64,000 nucleotides of DNA, from positions 14,361 to 78,360 of the forward strand of contig CANCJE010000001.1 of NCBI GenBank assembly GCA_947378235.1, written 5' to 3'. The translations under genes were made by a program, and so were the position numbers. Below the pieces are notes generated by a model. It made no database searches, had not been told where the DNA came from, and worked only from the letters and a program-made list of their open reading frames with translations. The number at the start of each line of letters is the position of its first letter. Position 1 is the stretch's first letter. This document shows positions 19,065 to 28,940 of this stretch, one piece after another. Source of the stretch: Caulobacteraceae bacterium (lineage in GTDB: Bacteria; Pseudomonadota; Alphaproteobacteria; Caulobacterales; Caulobacteraceae).

Positions 19065-20468
19065 TTAGACGTTAAGCAGCAGGAACTCCCGCTCCCAAGG
19101 GCTGACCGTGCGCATGAACGCATCATATTCCGCAAGCTTGACCCGCGAATAGGCGTCAATGAAGCTGCCGCCCAGAATATCGCGCAGCGGAACGCAGGAG
19201 CTTAGCAATTCCACCGACTCAATCAGACTGCGCGGCAATTCGACCCCGCGAAGATTGGCGTCAGTGTCGACGGGGGGCTCGGGTTTGAGGGCGCCAACCA
19301 TACCCAAATAGCCAGCGCCCAGAACCGCAGCGATGGCCAGATAGGGATTGGCATCTGAGGAGGGTACGCGATTTTCAACGCGGCGATTGGCGGCGTCCGA
19401 CGGCGGAACACGAATACCCGCTGTGCGATTATCATAGCCCCATTGGGTATTGACCGGCGCTCCGGATTCTTTGCTGATCCGGCGGTAGGAATTCACATAG
19501 GGCGCAAGGATGGCCATGATCGCAGGCATGTAGCGCTGTTGACCGGCGATGAAACTATAGAATAGCTCTGTGGGTCCATCCGTGTCCGGGTCAGAAAAGA
19601 GGTTCTTGCCCGTGATGGGATCAACGATCGACTGGTGAATATGCATGGCCGAACCGGGCTCGGAGGCTATGGGTTTGGCCATGAATGTGGCGTAGATCTC
19701 GTGCTCCATCGCCGCTTCACGGATGGTGCGTTTGAACATGAAGACCTGATCGGCCAGTTCCAAGGCATTGCCATGCCGCAGATTGATCTCCATCTGCGCG
19801 ACACCGCTCTCGTGGATCAGGGTGTCGATCTCAAGGCCTTGGCGTTCAGAATATTCGTACATATCCTCAAAGAGGGCATCAAACTCATTGACGGCAGAGA
19901 TCGAATAGCCCTGACGTCCCGTCTCAGGGCGTCCGGATCGGCCGGTCGGCGGTTTGAGCGGATAGTCGGGATCGACATTTTTTTCGACCAGATAGAATTC
20001 TAACTCCGGAGCGACAACCGGCTCCCAGCCCTTAGCCTGATAGAGCGACAGAACCCGCCGCAAAACCTGGCGCGGACTCTCGTCGACGGGACGACCATCG
20101 GGATGGAAGGCGTCGTGAATGACCTGCGCTGTTGGATCTTGGGCCCAAGGCACGCTGGCGAGGGTCGCAAAGTCGGGCACAAGGAAGATATCGGTGTCGG
20201 ATTGAACCGCGCCGATCAGACCCTCAAGATCTGGAAAATCGCCGGTGATGGTCTGATAGAACACCGACATGGGCAGGTTCATGGTTCCGCCATTGAGGAA
20301 CTTGCGCACCGGCATGATCTTGCCGCGCGCCACACCGGCAAGGTCGGGCACGAAACATTCGATCTCTTCGATATTTTGACGGGCAAACCATTGGGTTGCC
20401 TCTTCAATGGACGCGACTCCGCGCGCGGTCGCGGGGGCGGACTTTCGCTGTTTTGATTTGGGTTTCAT
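19065..20468 (-). CDS. Glutamine synthetase family protein (glutamate-polyamine ligase type, PuuA-like)
   Basis: 467 aa with a GS catalytic-domain layout. It is paired with the PuuB-like oxidase, as in gamma-glutamylation pathways. Confidence 0.65.
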   Translation of the reverse strand: MKPKSKQRKSAPATARGVASIEEATQWFARQNIEEIECFVPDLAGVARGKIMPVRKFLNGGTMNLPMSVFYQTITGDFPDLEGLIGAVQSDTDIFLVPDFATLASVPWAQDPTAQVIHDAFHPDGRPVDESPRQVLRRVLSLYQAKGWEPVVAPELEFYLVEKNVDPDYPLKPPTGRSGRPETGRQGYSISAVNEFDALFEDMYEYSERQGLEIDTLIHESGVAQMEINLRHGNALELADQVFMFKRTIREAAMEHEIYATFMAKPIASEPGSAMHIHQSIVDPITGKNLFSDPDTDGPTELFYSFIAGQQRYMPAIMAILAPYVNSYRRISKESGAPVNTQWGYDNRTAGIRVPPSDAANRRVENRVPSSDANPYLAIAAVLGAGYLGMVGALKPEPPVDTDANLRGVELPRSLIESVELLSSCVPLRDILGGSFIDAYSRVKLAEYDAFMRTVSPWEREFLLLNV

Positions 20469-20550
20469 GACACTTTATGGGTTTCGGCCATTAGCCTAAC
20501 CCAAGGTCGCGACTTGCGCAAACCGCGATCCCAATTTGAAATCCGAAACC

Positions 20551-23277
20551 TTAACCTGTGTTACGCAGTGCCGCCGCAATACCATTGAGGGTCAGTTGAA
20601 TGCCCAGTTGAATGGCCTCGCCGTTTTCTCCGCGCCGACGCCGAGACAAGAGCTCGATCTGCAATCGGTTAAGCGGATCAAGGCAGGGCTTTGACAGGGC
20701 AATAGAGGCCGCAAGGTCCGGCTGACTTTCTAAAAGCCTTGTCGCGCCGCGAACCTTGAGGATGAGGTCCTCCGTCGCCTTCCACTCATTATGGATGGTG
20801 TCATAGATCCGATCGGCATGGGCGCGATCTGGGGCAAGACCAGCATAGGCGCTGGCCATGGCCATATCGCTTTGGGCCAAGGCGATTTCCATATTGGCCA
20901 AAAAGGTATCCAAAAAGCCCCAGCCCTGAGCCATATCGCTCAGTTGGTTGATGCTGATCTTTGCGACCTTAACCCCGGAGGCAAAACCATACCAACCTGG
21001 CAGCATAAAGCGCGACTGCGACCAGCTAAAGACCCATGGAATGGCGCGAAGATCTTCGATACGCCCAGATTTGGTTCGGGAGGCCGGGCGACTGCCGATC
21101 TTCAGGTCGATGATTTCGGAGATCGGTGTGGCGGTTCTGAAAAAGCCCGCAAAGGCCGGATCGCGATAGACCAGATCCTGATAGGCTTCGCAGGAGGCAT
21201 CGGTAATGGCACTCATGGCCGGGCCGAACCTTGTATCCAAGGCCGTGGAGGTCGTGTCACCCTCTTGGCGCAGGGTGGCGAGGAAAACGGCGGCGCAGGC
21301 ACTGTCTAGGGATTTGCGCGCCGAAACCTCATCGCCGAATTTGCGGGCAATCATCTCGCCCTGTTCGGTCACCCGCATGCGGCCTCGCACCGTACCGGCT
21401 GGCTGGGCAAGGATAGCCGCAAAACTCGAACCGCCGCCGCGTCCGACCGAGCCGCCGCGGCCGTGAAACAGTTGCAGACCCACACCTTGCTCGTCGCAGA
21501 CCTTGAGAATGTCGGACGATGACCGGTGCAAGGACCAACGCGAGGCGGTGTAGCCCCCATCCTTGTTGCTGTCCGAATAGCCCAACATCACCTCTTGGGT
21601 CGCTTTGGGCCCGAGGAGGGATCGTGTAATCGGCAGTTTGAGCCAGCGATCAATGATGGCGGGCGCAGCTTCCAGGTCGCCAATGGTTTCAAAGAGGGGC
21701 GCGACGCCAAGCATGGACCTTGGCGCGGCACCGCCAAAGACGAGGCCAGCCTGTTTGAGTAGGACCAAGGGTTCAAGTATGTCAGAAACGGATGCGGCCT
21801 TAGACACCACATAGGCGCCGATGGCCTCTGGACCGTAGGCAGACACAGTCTCAGCGGCAGCGTCCAAAATTCGAAGCTCGCGCTTTGTTTCGGCCGAGTA
21901 GGAGGCAAAGGGCCAGCGCAGGACGCGGTCGTCCGAGAGCTGCTCAATCAGAAGCTCGATCCTTTGATCCTCTGAGAGCTGAATATAGTCGATCGGGGTT
22001 GGCGATTGGGCAAAAAGGTCGGCCATCACCCGTTCATGGACGTCTGAATTTTGACGAAGATCCAGCGACAGGAGGTGGAAACCGCAGCAACGGACAATCT
22101 GCAGCAAGACCTTGAGGGTGGTCCCTACCAGCCGCTCACCGCCATGTGAAATCAGGCTATCGCGAACGATAGACAGATCATGCACCAGTTCAGAGACAGC
22201 ACCGTAAGGCTGGGCCTGGACGGCGGCCTTTGGGGCACCGACCGGGGAGGCCTTCAATCGCTCAGCGGTGGCCAGGACCCGGTCGTGAATATAGGTCAGG
22301 GCCCTGCGATAGGGTTCGTCTGCGCGGTGCACGGAATGCTGCGCCGAGCGCCTTGCCAATGCCATGACCTCGTCTGAGACAGGGGCCAAGGTGACCGACA
22401 GGGTTAGCTCCGATTCCAGTTGGTCTAGCTGTTCAAGATACCAGGCGAAGATGACTTGGCCCTGTTCAGAGAGGGCCAGTTTTAAGGTGACATCATCGAC
22501 ATGGGGGTGGCCGTCGCGGTCGCCGCCAATCCAAGATCCCAATCCAACCACCAGAGGGAAGGGGGCCTGTTCAGGCAAATCGCGGTCCCAATCGCCATAG
22601 AGCCGAACAAGGGCGGGTAGGATCGCTCGCCGGACAAAGCCCAATGTATTGTCGATCTCATCACTAACCGTAATCCGGTCCGGGCGATGAAGCCTCGTCT
22701 TCCAAAGCAGCGCCACCGCGCGGAACAGTTCGTCCTGCGTCCAAAGATCAAGCGTGCGTGGCAAGCTATGGCGACGCAGAGCCAAGATGCGTGCAACTTC
22801 AAACTCGCGGTCGACCACGGAGGCGCGGCGCATTTCTGTCGGGTGGGCCGTCAGAACCGGGGTTAGGCGCATTGTGTCCAAAACAGACTTGATGTCTGCC
22901 TCGCAAACGCCTTCGCTCTGCTTTAGCGCTACTGCGCCGGTCAAGCTGTTGGGCAAGCCGCCCGACTGTCCATCATCCAGCTGTCGACGTCCGGCAACGT
23001 CTTCTGCGATATTGGTCAGGGTCGATAGACAGGCCAAAGCGCGAACCAGATAAACGGCCTCATCGGCGGAAAGGTTCGACAGGTCATCAGGCCGGTCGCT
23101 GGCGTCCCTCGCCCTTTGAACGCCTTGCTGACGGGCCTCACCGTCGAGATAGGCGAGGGCCTCGTTAAACAGGCGCTCGAGAAGCCGGACATTCTGCGCC
23201 ACTTGGCGCGTGGTCGACTCATCGAAGGTCATCTTTTCAGTCTCCTGTAAGCTTTCGCGCACCTTAGCTTGAATCAT
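20551..23277 (-). CDS. ppc: Phosphoenolpyruvate carboxylase
   Basis: 908 aa. It has the conserved VLTAHPTE region, a GRGG-type motif (FHGRGGSVGRGG), and the C-terminal ...NTG typical of PEPC. Confidence 0.9.
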   Translation of the reverse strand: MIQAKVRESLQETEKMTFDESTTRQVAQNVRLLERLFNEALAYLDGEARQQGVQRARDASDRPDDLSNLSADEAVYLVRALACLSTLTNIAEDVAGRRQLDDGQSGGLPNSLTGAVALKQSEGVCEADIKSVLDTMRLTPVLTAHPTEMRRASVVDREFEVARILALRRHSLPRTLDLWTQDELFRAVALLWKTRLHRPDRITVSDEIDNTLGFVRRAILPALVRLYGDWDRDLPEQAPFPLVVGLGSWIGGDRDGHPHVDDVTLKLALSEQGQVIFAWYLEQLDQLESELTLSVTLAPVSDEVMALARRSAQHSVHRADEPYRRALTYIHDRVLATAERLKASPVGAPKAAVQAQPYGAVSELVHDLSIVRDSLISHGGERLVGTTLKVLLQIVRCCGFHLLSLDLRQNSDVHERVMADLFAQSPTPIDYIQLSEDQRIELLIEQLSDDRVLRWPFASYSAETKRELRILDAAAETVSAYGPEAIGAYVVSKAASVSDILEPLVLLKQAGLVFGGAAPRSMLGVAPLFETIGDLEAAPAIIDRWLKLPITRSLLGPKATQEVMLGYSDSNKDGGYTASRWSLHRSSSDILKVCDEQGVGLQLFHGRGGSVGRGGGSSFAAILAQPAGTVRGRMRVTEQGEMIARKFGDEVSARKSLDSACAAVFLATLRQEGDTTSTALDTRFGPAMSAITDASCEAYQDLVYRDPAFAGFFRTATPISEIIDLKIGSRPASRTKSGRIEDLRAIPWVFSWSQSRFMLPGWYGFASGVKVAKISINQLSDMAQGWGFLDTFLANMEIALAQSDMAMASAYAGLAPDRAHADRIYDTIHNEWKATEDLILKVRGATRLLESQPDLAASIALSKPCLDPLNRLQIELLSRRRRGENGEAIQLGIQLTLNGIAAALRNTG

Positions 23278-23324
23278 GTAAAAACCCTTCTACGGGTCAA
23301 TATTGGCGTGTCCTACGGGAGATT

Positions 23325-23819
23325 ATGACGATGGATGAGCTTTGGCGTTTGGGAGAAGAGGCGGGTCAGCGGCTTAAGGATCGCAAACAAACCATCGCGA
23401 TCGCTGAATCATCGTCAGGCGGTTTGCTCTCAGCAGCCCTGTTGGCGGTTCCGGGCGCTTCGGTCTATTTCCTCAGTGGCGCTGTGGTCTATACCGGCCG
23501 GGCGCGGCGCAAGCTGATGGGTCTTGAAGCCGATGCGGTGGAAGGGATGCGCTCGTCCAGTGAGCCCTATGCCCTGTTGCTCGCGCGAACCGCTAAGGCG
23601 CGGTTTCGCACCGACTGGGGCCTGTCAGAGACCGGTGCGGCCGGTCCGACCGGAAACCCGTACGGCGATGCGGCGGGTCATAGTTGCATTGGGGTCAGCG
23701 GACCAATCGAACGGGTTCTAACCCTAGAGACCGCCAGTTCGGATCGGCGCGCCAATATGCAGGCCTTTGCCAAAGAGGCGCTGCGGGCGCTTATCGCCGC
23801 ACTGGATGCTCAGGCCTAA
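23325..23819 (+). CDS. CinA C-terminal domain protein (nicotinamide-nucleotide amidohydrolase PncC-like)
   Basis: 164 aa with the CinA_C signature TIAIAESSSGGLLSAAL. Confidence 0.75.
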   Translation: MTMDELWRLGEEAGQRLKDRKQTIAIAESSSGGLLSAALLAVPGASVYFLSGAVVYTGRARRKLMGLEADAVEGMRSSSEPYALLLARTAKARFRTDWGLSETGAAGPTGNPYGDAAGHSCIGVSGPIERVLTLETASSDRRANMQAFAKEALRALIAALDAQA

Positions 23820-23821
23820 TC

Positions 23822-24217
23822 TTAGGCCGCGCGCTGACCTGCGGGCCGGTCCAGAACCCGCAGGATTTCGCCTTCGCGTTCGTTCCAGATGATGCTGACG
23901 CCCAAGGCCCGGTCCAACTGGTTGCCCAGCGCCGATCGCACCTGAATATCGCCAAGCCGCTTGGGGCTGATCCGCATCAAGGTGCGCCCACAGCCCAGAT
24001 CTTCATGAAGGTCTGCATGGCGCAAGACCGCGTCAATGATCGCGCCGGTTAGGGGTGACTTGCCCGAGGCGGAGGCCTTGGCTGGACGATAGGTTGGGAC
24101 GAAGCGCTTATAGGGGGCCATGAGGGGCTTTCTTAAGGTCACAAGGTTCGGTCTTGACCTTATGGGCACCATATGCGTCAAATTCGGACGTATCAGTTGG
24201 AGCGCCCTATGCGACAC
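23822..24217 (-). CDS. Hypothetical protein (no family recognised), divergent from the WYL regulator
   Basis: A 131-aa ORF (alternative shorter starts exist) that reads more protein-like than the overlapping plus-strand ORF. No motif recognised. Confidence 0.35.
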   Translation of the reverse strand: MSHRALQLIRPNLTHMVPIRSRPNLVTLRKPLMAPYKRFVPTYRPAKASASGKSPLTGAIIDAVLRHADLHEDLGCGRTLMRISPKRLGDIQVRSALGNQLDRALGVSIIWNEREGEILRVLDRPAGQRAA

Positions 24218-25219
24218 GATAAGGCCCAGAGGCTCTTGACCCTCGCTAGGATGCTGGCCGGAACCGCCGAAGGCTTGACGCTGGATGAGATGGCGTCCCG
24301 GCTAGAGGTCGGACGGCGCACCGTGGAGCGCATGCGCGATGCGGTGCGTGAAGTGTTTCCGCAGATGGAGGATATTGACGATCCCCCCACCCGCCGCTTT
24401 CGCATTCCCTCTGGCCTAGACGGTCTTTTCCAAGCCCCAACGGCTGAAGAGCTGGCTGCCCTACGGACCGCTTCGGAAGCGCTCAGCAGTTCCGGAGCGC
24501 AAAATCGGGCGAGTGCCCTGACCACCTTGGAGGCCAAACTGATGGCCTCGATGCGTCCCGGTGTTCGCCGCCGCCTTGCGCCCGATGTTGAAGCCCTACT
24601 TCAGGCGGAAACCATCGCGGTGCAGGCTGGCCCACGTCCCTTTGAAGAGGATGATGTTTTGGCGCGGGTGCGCGAGGCTATCAAGTCGATGCGCGCCTTG
24701 AGGCTTCGCTATGATGGCGGCAGCACGCCGGGGCGAATGCGCGATGTGGTTCCCTTTGGCCTCCTGTTTGGACGCAGCAACTATCTGGTTGCCGCAGAGC
24801 TTACGCAGGGCCAAGCCGTCGGCCTTCCGCGCAATTGGCGGCTAGACCGCATGGGTCAGATTGAGGTCCTTGATATACCCGCTAGCCCGCCCGAAGACTT
24901 TTCGTTGCAGGACTATGCCGATCAGAGCTTTGGCATCTATCAGGATGATGTCGAGGATGTGGTCCTGAAGATCCTGCCCCATGGTGCAGCGGATGCACTG
25001 CGCTGGCGCTTCCATAGCCATCAGACCGTGACCCAAGACCCTGATGGCTCCGTGACCATCGCCTTTCGGGCCAGCGGCATGACCGAACTGTCTTGGCATC
25101 TGTTCAGTTGGGGCGACAAGATCAGGATTCTTGCGCCCGACCGGCTGAAATCGGTTCTGGCGGAGCAGTTGAAATTGGCCGCCCTTGCCTTGACTTCGAC
25201 TGACGGCGTCCGAAATTGA
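24173..25219 (+). CDS. HTH plus WYL-domain transcriptional regulator (YafY/DriD-like architecture)
   Basis: The N-terminus has an HTH (LTLARMLAGTAEGLTLDEMASRLEVGRRTVER). The middle has a WYL-like block (LRLRYDGGS...RDVVPFGLLFGRSNYLVAAE...NWRLDRMGQIEVL). A WCX-like domain follows. The probable start is the internal Met at ~24209. Confidence 0.7.
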   Translation: MRQIRTYQLERPMRHDKAQRLLTLARMLAGTAEGLTLDEMASRLEVGRRTVERMRDAVREVFPQMEDIDDPPTRRFRIPSGLDGLFQAPTAEELAALRTASEALSSSGAQNRASALTTLEAKLMASMRPGVRRRLAPDVEALLQAETIAVQAGPRPFEEDDVLARVREAIKSMRALRLRYDGGSTPGRMRDVVPFGLLFGRSNYLVAAELTQGQAVGLPRNWRLDRMGQIEVLDIPASPPEDFSLQDYADQSFGIYQDDVEDVVLKILPHGAADALRWRFHSHQTVTQDPDGSVTIAFRASGMTELSWHLFSWGDKIRILAPDRLKSVLAEQLKLAALALTSTDGVRN

Positions 25220-25508
25220 CGTAAGGCCCCTTCACAAGGGAATTCGTTCACACGGAGACCCGATCATGTTCGACCTCACCCTTCTTCGCCCAAGCCTTTC
25301 GTCAGACCTGTTGGGCCTTAGCCGCCGCCTCTATGGCAGCTTGCGCTATGGGGTCGTGCTTTTGGTGTGGCTGGGCCTTTTTCTTGTCCGGCCGCGTCTG
25401 GCGATAGCCGCCTTCAAACATCGGCGGTTGAGCTCACCCATTCCACGAATGAGAAGCCGCCGCATGATTGGCCATCGAGGCTTGCCTATCCTATAGCTGG
25501 TTTGGTCC

Positions 25509-26720
25509 ATGACCGACCTTACCTGCGATAGCTGCAAGGATCCTTTGATGAAACGTCCCCTGGCCGGTGTCCGTATCCTTGCGGTCGAGCTCTATGGTGC
25601 TGGCCCCTATGGCACGCAGTTGATGGCCGAACTGGGCGCTGAGGTGGTTAAGATTGAAGCGCCGTCTATGGGCGGAGATGTCAGCCGGTCGGTAGGGCCC
25701 TATTTTTTGGGAGAGGGCGACACCGCATTCTTTCAGACCTTCTCACGGTCAAAGTCTTCTCTGGCCCTAGAGCTCAAGACCCCAGAAGGCCGCGCGATCT
25801 TCGAAAAGCTCGTCGCCGGAGCCGATGCAGTCGTCAATAATTTGCGCGGTGACCAGCCGGGTAAGCTTCGCCTGACCTATGAGGACCTAAAGGGGCTCAA
25901 GCCCTCGATCGTCTGCGCTCACCTGTCCGCCTATGGTCGCAACAATTGCCGCGCAAACTGGCCGGGCTATGACTATCTGATGCAGGCCGAAAGTGGGATG
26001 ATGAGCTTGACGGGCGAGCCTGATGGGCCGCCGACGCGGCTTGGCCTATCGATGGTCGATTTTATGACGGGCTCGGTCTTTGCCCTTGGCATTGTCTCTG
26101 CGATCTTGAGCGCGCGCAGCACGGGCGAAGGCTGCGATGTGGATGTATCCCTGTTTGACGTTGCCCTTCACCAGACCTCCTATCCTGCCGTTTGGGCCAT
26201 GAATGAGGGCTATGAGCCTGAACGGCTGCCGCGCGGTGCCCACCCGTCCATCGCCCCGTCGCAACTGGTCAGGACCGCCGATGGCTGGGGTCTATTGATG
26301 TGCCAGACACCAAAATTTTGGGACCTGTTCTGCACCCTCACCGGTCGGATGGATCTGGCCGCTGATCCTCGATTTGTCGATATTCCAGCACGCCGCGCCC
26401 ATTTGGCCGATTTGACCCAAGTCTTGGACGACGTCTTTATGACCCGCAAGGCCCAGGACTGGAGTGATCTGTTCGCCGGTCACGTGCCCTTTGCGCCGGT
26501 CAAGGACCTTAAGTCTGCCTTGGAAAACCCTTTTGTGGCAGAGGTGGGCATGAGGGATATTGTCGCCCATCCGGCCAAGCCGGAGGGCCTGCATATGCTG
26601 GCCAGTCCGGTGATGATCAATGGCCAAAGGATGGTTGGCCAACGGGCCCCGACCTTGGGTGAGCAGACCCAGACAATCTTGGCGGCTTTGAACGCCTCCG
26701 ACCATGCCGACCGGCTTTAG
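25509..26720 (+). CDS. CoA-transferase family III (CaiB/BaiF) protein
   Basis: N-terminus is typical of family III CoA-transferases (LAGVRILAVELYGAGPYGTQLMAELGAEVVKIE) and so is the length (403 aa); the start may be the Met at 25548. Confidence 0.8.
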   Translation: MTDLTCDSCKDPLMKRPLAGVRILAVELYGAGPYGTQLMAELGAEVVKIEAPSMGGDVSRSVGPYFLGEGDTAFFQTFSRSKSSLALELKTPEGRAIFEKLVAGADAVVNNLRGDQPGKLRLTYEDLKGLKPSIVCAHLSAYGRNNCRANWPGYDYLMQAESGMMSLTGEPDGPPTRLGLSMVDFMTGSVFALGIVSAILSARSTGEGCDVDVSLFDVALHQTSYPAVWAMNEGYEPERLPRGAHPSIAPSQLVRTADGWGLLMCQTPKFWDLFCTLTGRMDLAADPRFVDIPARRAHLADLTQVLDDVFMTRKAQDWSDLFAGHVPFAPVKDLKSALENPFVAEVGMRDIVAHPAKPEGLHMLASPVMINGQRMVGQRAPTLGEQTQTILAALNASDHADRL

Positions 26721-27328
26721 ATCTTATCGGCATAGATCATCCGACCGCGTCCAAGGCGCGTCAGGACCTGCTCCAAATCCGTCTCCGCCACCGCAAAGCA
26801 CCCTTCGCTTCGCCCTAACTTGCCTGTGTCGCGCACCATCGCCGGACTGACATACCAAGCCGCATGAACAACGATGGCGCGAGGCTTGGCATTGCTGTTG
26901 GTCTCGTCCAGTCCGTTCAGGCGCAAGGACCTGCCATGTTTGCCGTTATAGATCTCGTCGGTCACATAGGCCCCAGGTGAGGAGGCGTAGGAGCCTTCCG
27001 CATTGCTAAACCGTTTGAGCCATCCAGAATGGTCCGGATCTGACCCGCGGCCATGAGCCACCAACAGGGTGTGATCCTGTCCTGAATGCAAATCGAGCAG
27101 ATGGAACCGAGGACTGGCCGAGGCCCGTGAAAAATCGACGATGCCCATGAGATCGGCGTTCGGCACCCCAGCCCGATGGCGGACCATTGCGTCTAGGGCC
27201 CGCTGTCTGAGGGCAGGGGGAATGTCATTGTTAAGCGGGGTGCTGTGGGCCATCCTCGCGCAGGCTAGGCCCATAATTGGTGCTGCGAACAGGGCTCGCC
27301 GTGTCAGCTCTTGTCTCTGATCGGGCAT
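26717..27328 (-). CDS. L,D-transpeptidase catalytic-domain protein (YkuD_2-like) with a Tat signal
   Basis: It has a twin-arginine motif (TRRALFAAP) and a catalytic-type motif (SEGCFAV). The start is chosen at MPDQRQ; the six-frame ORF extends to 27385. Confidence 0.6.
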   Translation of the reverse strand: MPDQRQELTRRALFAAPIMGLACARMAHSTPLNNDIPPALRQRALDAMVRHRAGVPNADLMGIVDFSRASASPRFHLLDLHSGQDHTLLVAHGRGSDPDHSGWLKRFSNAEGSYASSPGAYVTDEIYNGKHGRSLRLNGLDETNSNAKPRAIVVHAAWYVSPAMVRDTGKLGRSEGCFAVAETDLEQVLTRLGRGRMIYADKI

Positions 27329-27411
27329 ATAGACCTCGCTCCTCGTCGATCCCGTGCCCCCCGGCGAACTGTCCCTTAACCGCATGTGAAGGCGAGGTCA
27401 CGCCTCAATTT

Positions 27412-28851
27412 TCAGGGGTTGTGGCGGTCCAAGGCCTTCGCCCATCGGTCGTCTAAACCATAGATATCGCGACGAAAGTTGATCACGCCGTCGGGATCGA
27501 CCCATACGGTCCAATAGGCCAGCAGGATCGTGACCGGTGATCGTAATTTCAGAGTCTGGGTCGTCATGGTGTCGAGCGACAATTGGGTTTGGGCGCGGGT
27601 CCAACCCTTTTGGTCGGCGGCCAAGATCAGATCTGCCAGTTCAAGGGGGCGTTCAAGGCGAACACAGCCTGAACTGACCGCACGAGAGGAATGGGCGAAT
27701 AGCGCCTTGGCCGGGGTATCATGCACAAAGACAGAATAGGGATTGGCGAAGAGAAATTTGACCCGCCCCATCGCATTGGCTGGCCCCGGGGCCTGTTGAA
27801 GGCGGTAGGGTAGGGGGCCGGTCCAATCGATCCTTCGTGGGTCGACCACTTTGCCCATTCGGTCTGTAACAACCAAGCCGCGTTCGGCGATGAGGCCGGG
27901 GTCCTTGGCAGCAGCCGGGGCAATATCCTGTTTCAAAATTGTCGGCGGGACCGTCCATGTTGGATTGAGCACAATTTGATCGATGGCAGAGCGTAGCTGC
28001 GGTGTTTGGCGAAACGGCTTGCCGACCTGAACCTTGGATCGCCAAATGATCTGATTGTCGTCAACCAGATAGGCTTCATAGCCTGCAATATTGATTAGCA
28101 GGAACCGGGACGGCAAATGGCTCATCAGCGCCCGTGAGCGGTCCATATTGACGCGCAACTGCCGGATACGCTGAGCGATGGGCCGGTTAAGCTCGTTAAT
28201 CACACCCGAGCTGACCTGTCCGGAGGGATCAAGTCCCATCCGACGCTGAAAGGTCTTAACCGCGGATAGTAGGGTCTCGTCAAACAGGGCATCGTCGCGC
28301 GCTTGGCTGGATAGGTCACCCAGTAGGCGCAGTCGCATCGCGATCGCTGAAACCCGTGGTCCGTGCGTACCCATTGAGAGCGTGGGACCATTGCCAATCG
28401 GTACCCAGCCACCCTTGGCCTCTATCTGGCGCAATTGGTTCAACTGGCTGACCAAAGCGCGATAGAGCGGCTGAGGTGGCGCAGCAGCATCAATGGCGCG
28501 GGCAACATCCGCAGATGTTGCGGTCTCCAAGATCAAGGCTTGATCGGCGGGTCCGGGTCTATTTTGTTGATCGTGCGCAGCATTGACCTTTCCACGATGA
28601 AGGTGGGTGACCAACAGGCCGAGCGCTTCATTAGCGACCCGGTCCCGTTCAGGTCCGGGCTGATGGGTGAGCCGAACCAAGTCCGCGGAATGATAGTCGC
28701 TGGGTGTAAGCCCGTGTCTATAGGATCCCTCGACAGCAGCGCGAAGGGCCGTCCATCGGGCCTCGTCCGTCCAGACGGCTTGCGCCTGCGCCAAGCCATG
28801 GCTCTGAATGCTGAGGAATATAACGAACAGCCATAGGGCACGGCGGTTCAC
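27412..28851 (-). CDS. L,D-transpeptidase, YcbB-like, with a peptidoglycan-binding domain
   Basis: It has a signal peptide and a PG-binding-like region. The YkuD catalytic motif is HDTP...SSGCVRL. Confidence 0.75.
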   Translation of the reverse strand: MNRRALWLFVIFLSIQSHGLAQAQAVWTDEARWTALRAAVEGSYRHGLTPSDYHSADLVRLTHQPGPERDRVANEALGLLVTHLHRGKVNAAHDQQNRPGPADQALILETATSADVARAIDAAAPPQPLYRALVSQLNQLRQIEAKGGWVPIGNGPTLSMGTHGPRVSAIAMRLRLLGDLSSQARDDALFDETLLSAVKTFQRRMGLDPSGQVSSGVINELNRPIAQRIRQLRVNMDRSRALMSHLPSRFLLINIAGYEAYLVDDNQIIWRSKVQVGKPFRQTPQLRSAIDQIVLNPTWTVPPTILKQDIAPAAAKDPGLIAERGLVVTDRMGKVVDPRRIDWTGPLPYRLQQAPGPANAMGRVKFLFANPYSVFVHDTPAKALFAHSSRAVSSGCVRLERPLELADLILAADQKGWTRAQTQLSLDTMTTQTLKLRSPVTILLAYWTVWVDPDGVINFRRDIYGLDDRWAKALDRHNP

Positions 28852-28940
28852 AATTGTATCTCCATAGGGTCAACTTGACCCTATGCCATCATCCCCAGCG
28901 CCGCCGCCTGTCATTGATTAAACCCGCGAGCCCCGTCAAT

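Noticed and set aside
23684-24052. Plus-strand 122-aa ORF overlapping the hypothetical gene 23822-24217
   Set aside because: Its translation is Arg/Gly-rich and non-protein-like. The minus-strand frame reads as a plausible globular protein, so only the minus-strand gene is reported.
25266-25496. 76-aa ORF between the WYL regulator and the CoA-transferase that could be a small membrane protein
   Set aside because: It has Arg-rich, low-complexity segments, and no RBS or conservation can be judged. It is more likely the intergenic leader of the CoA-transferase gene.
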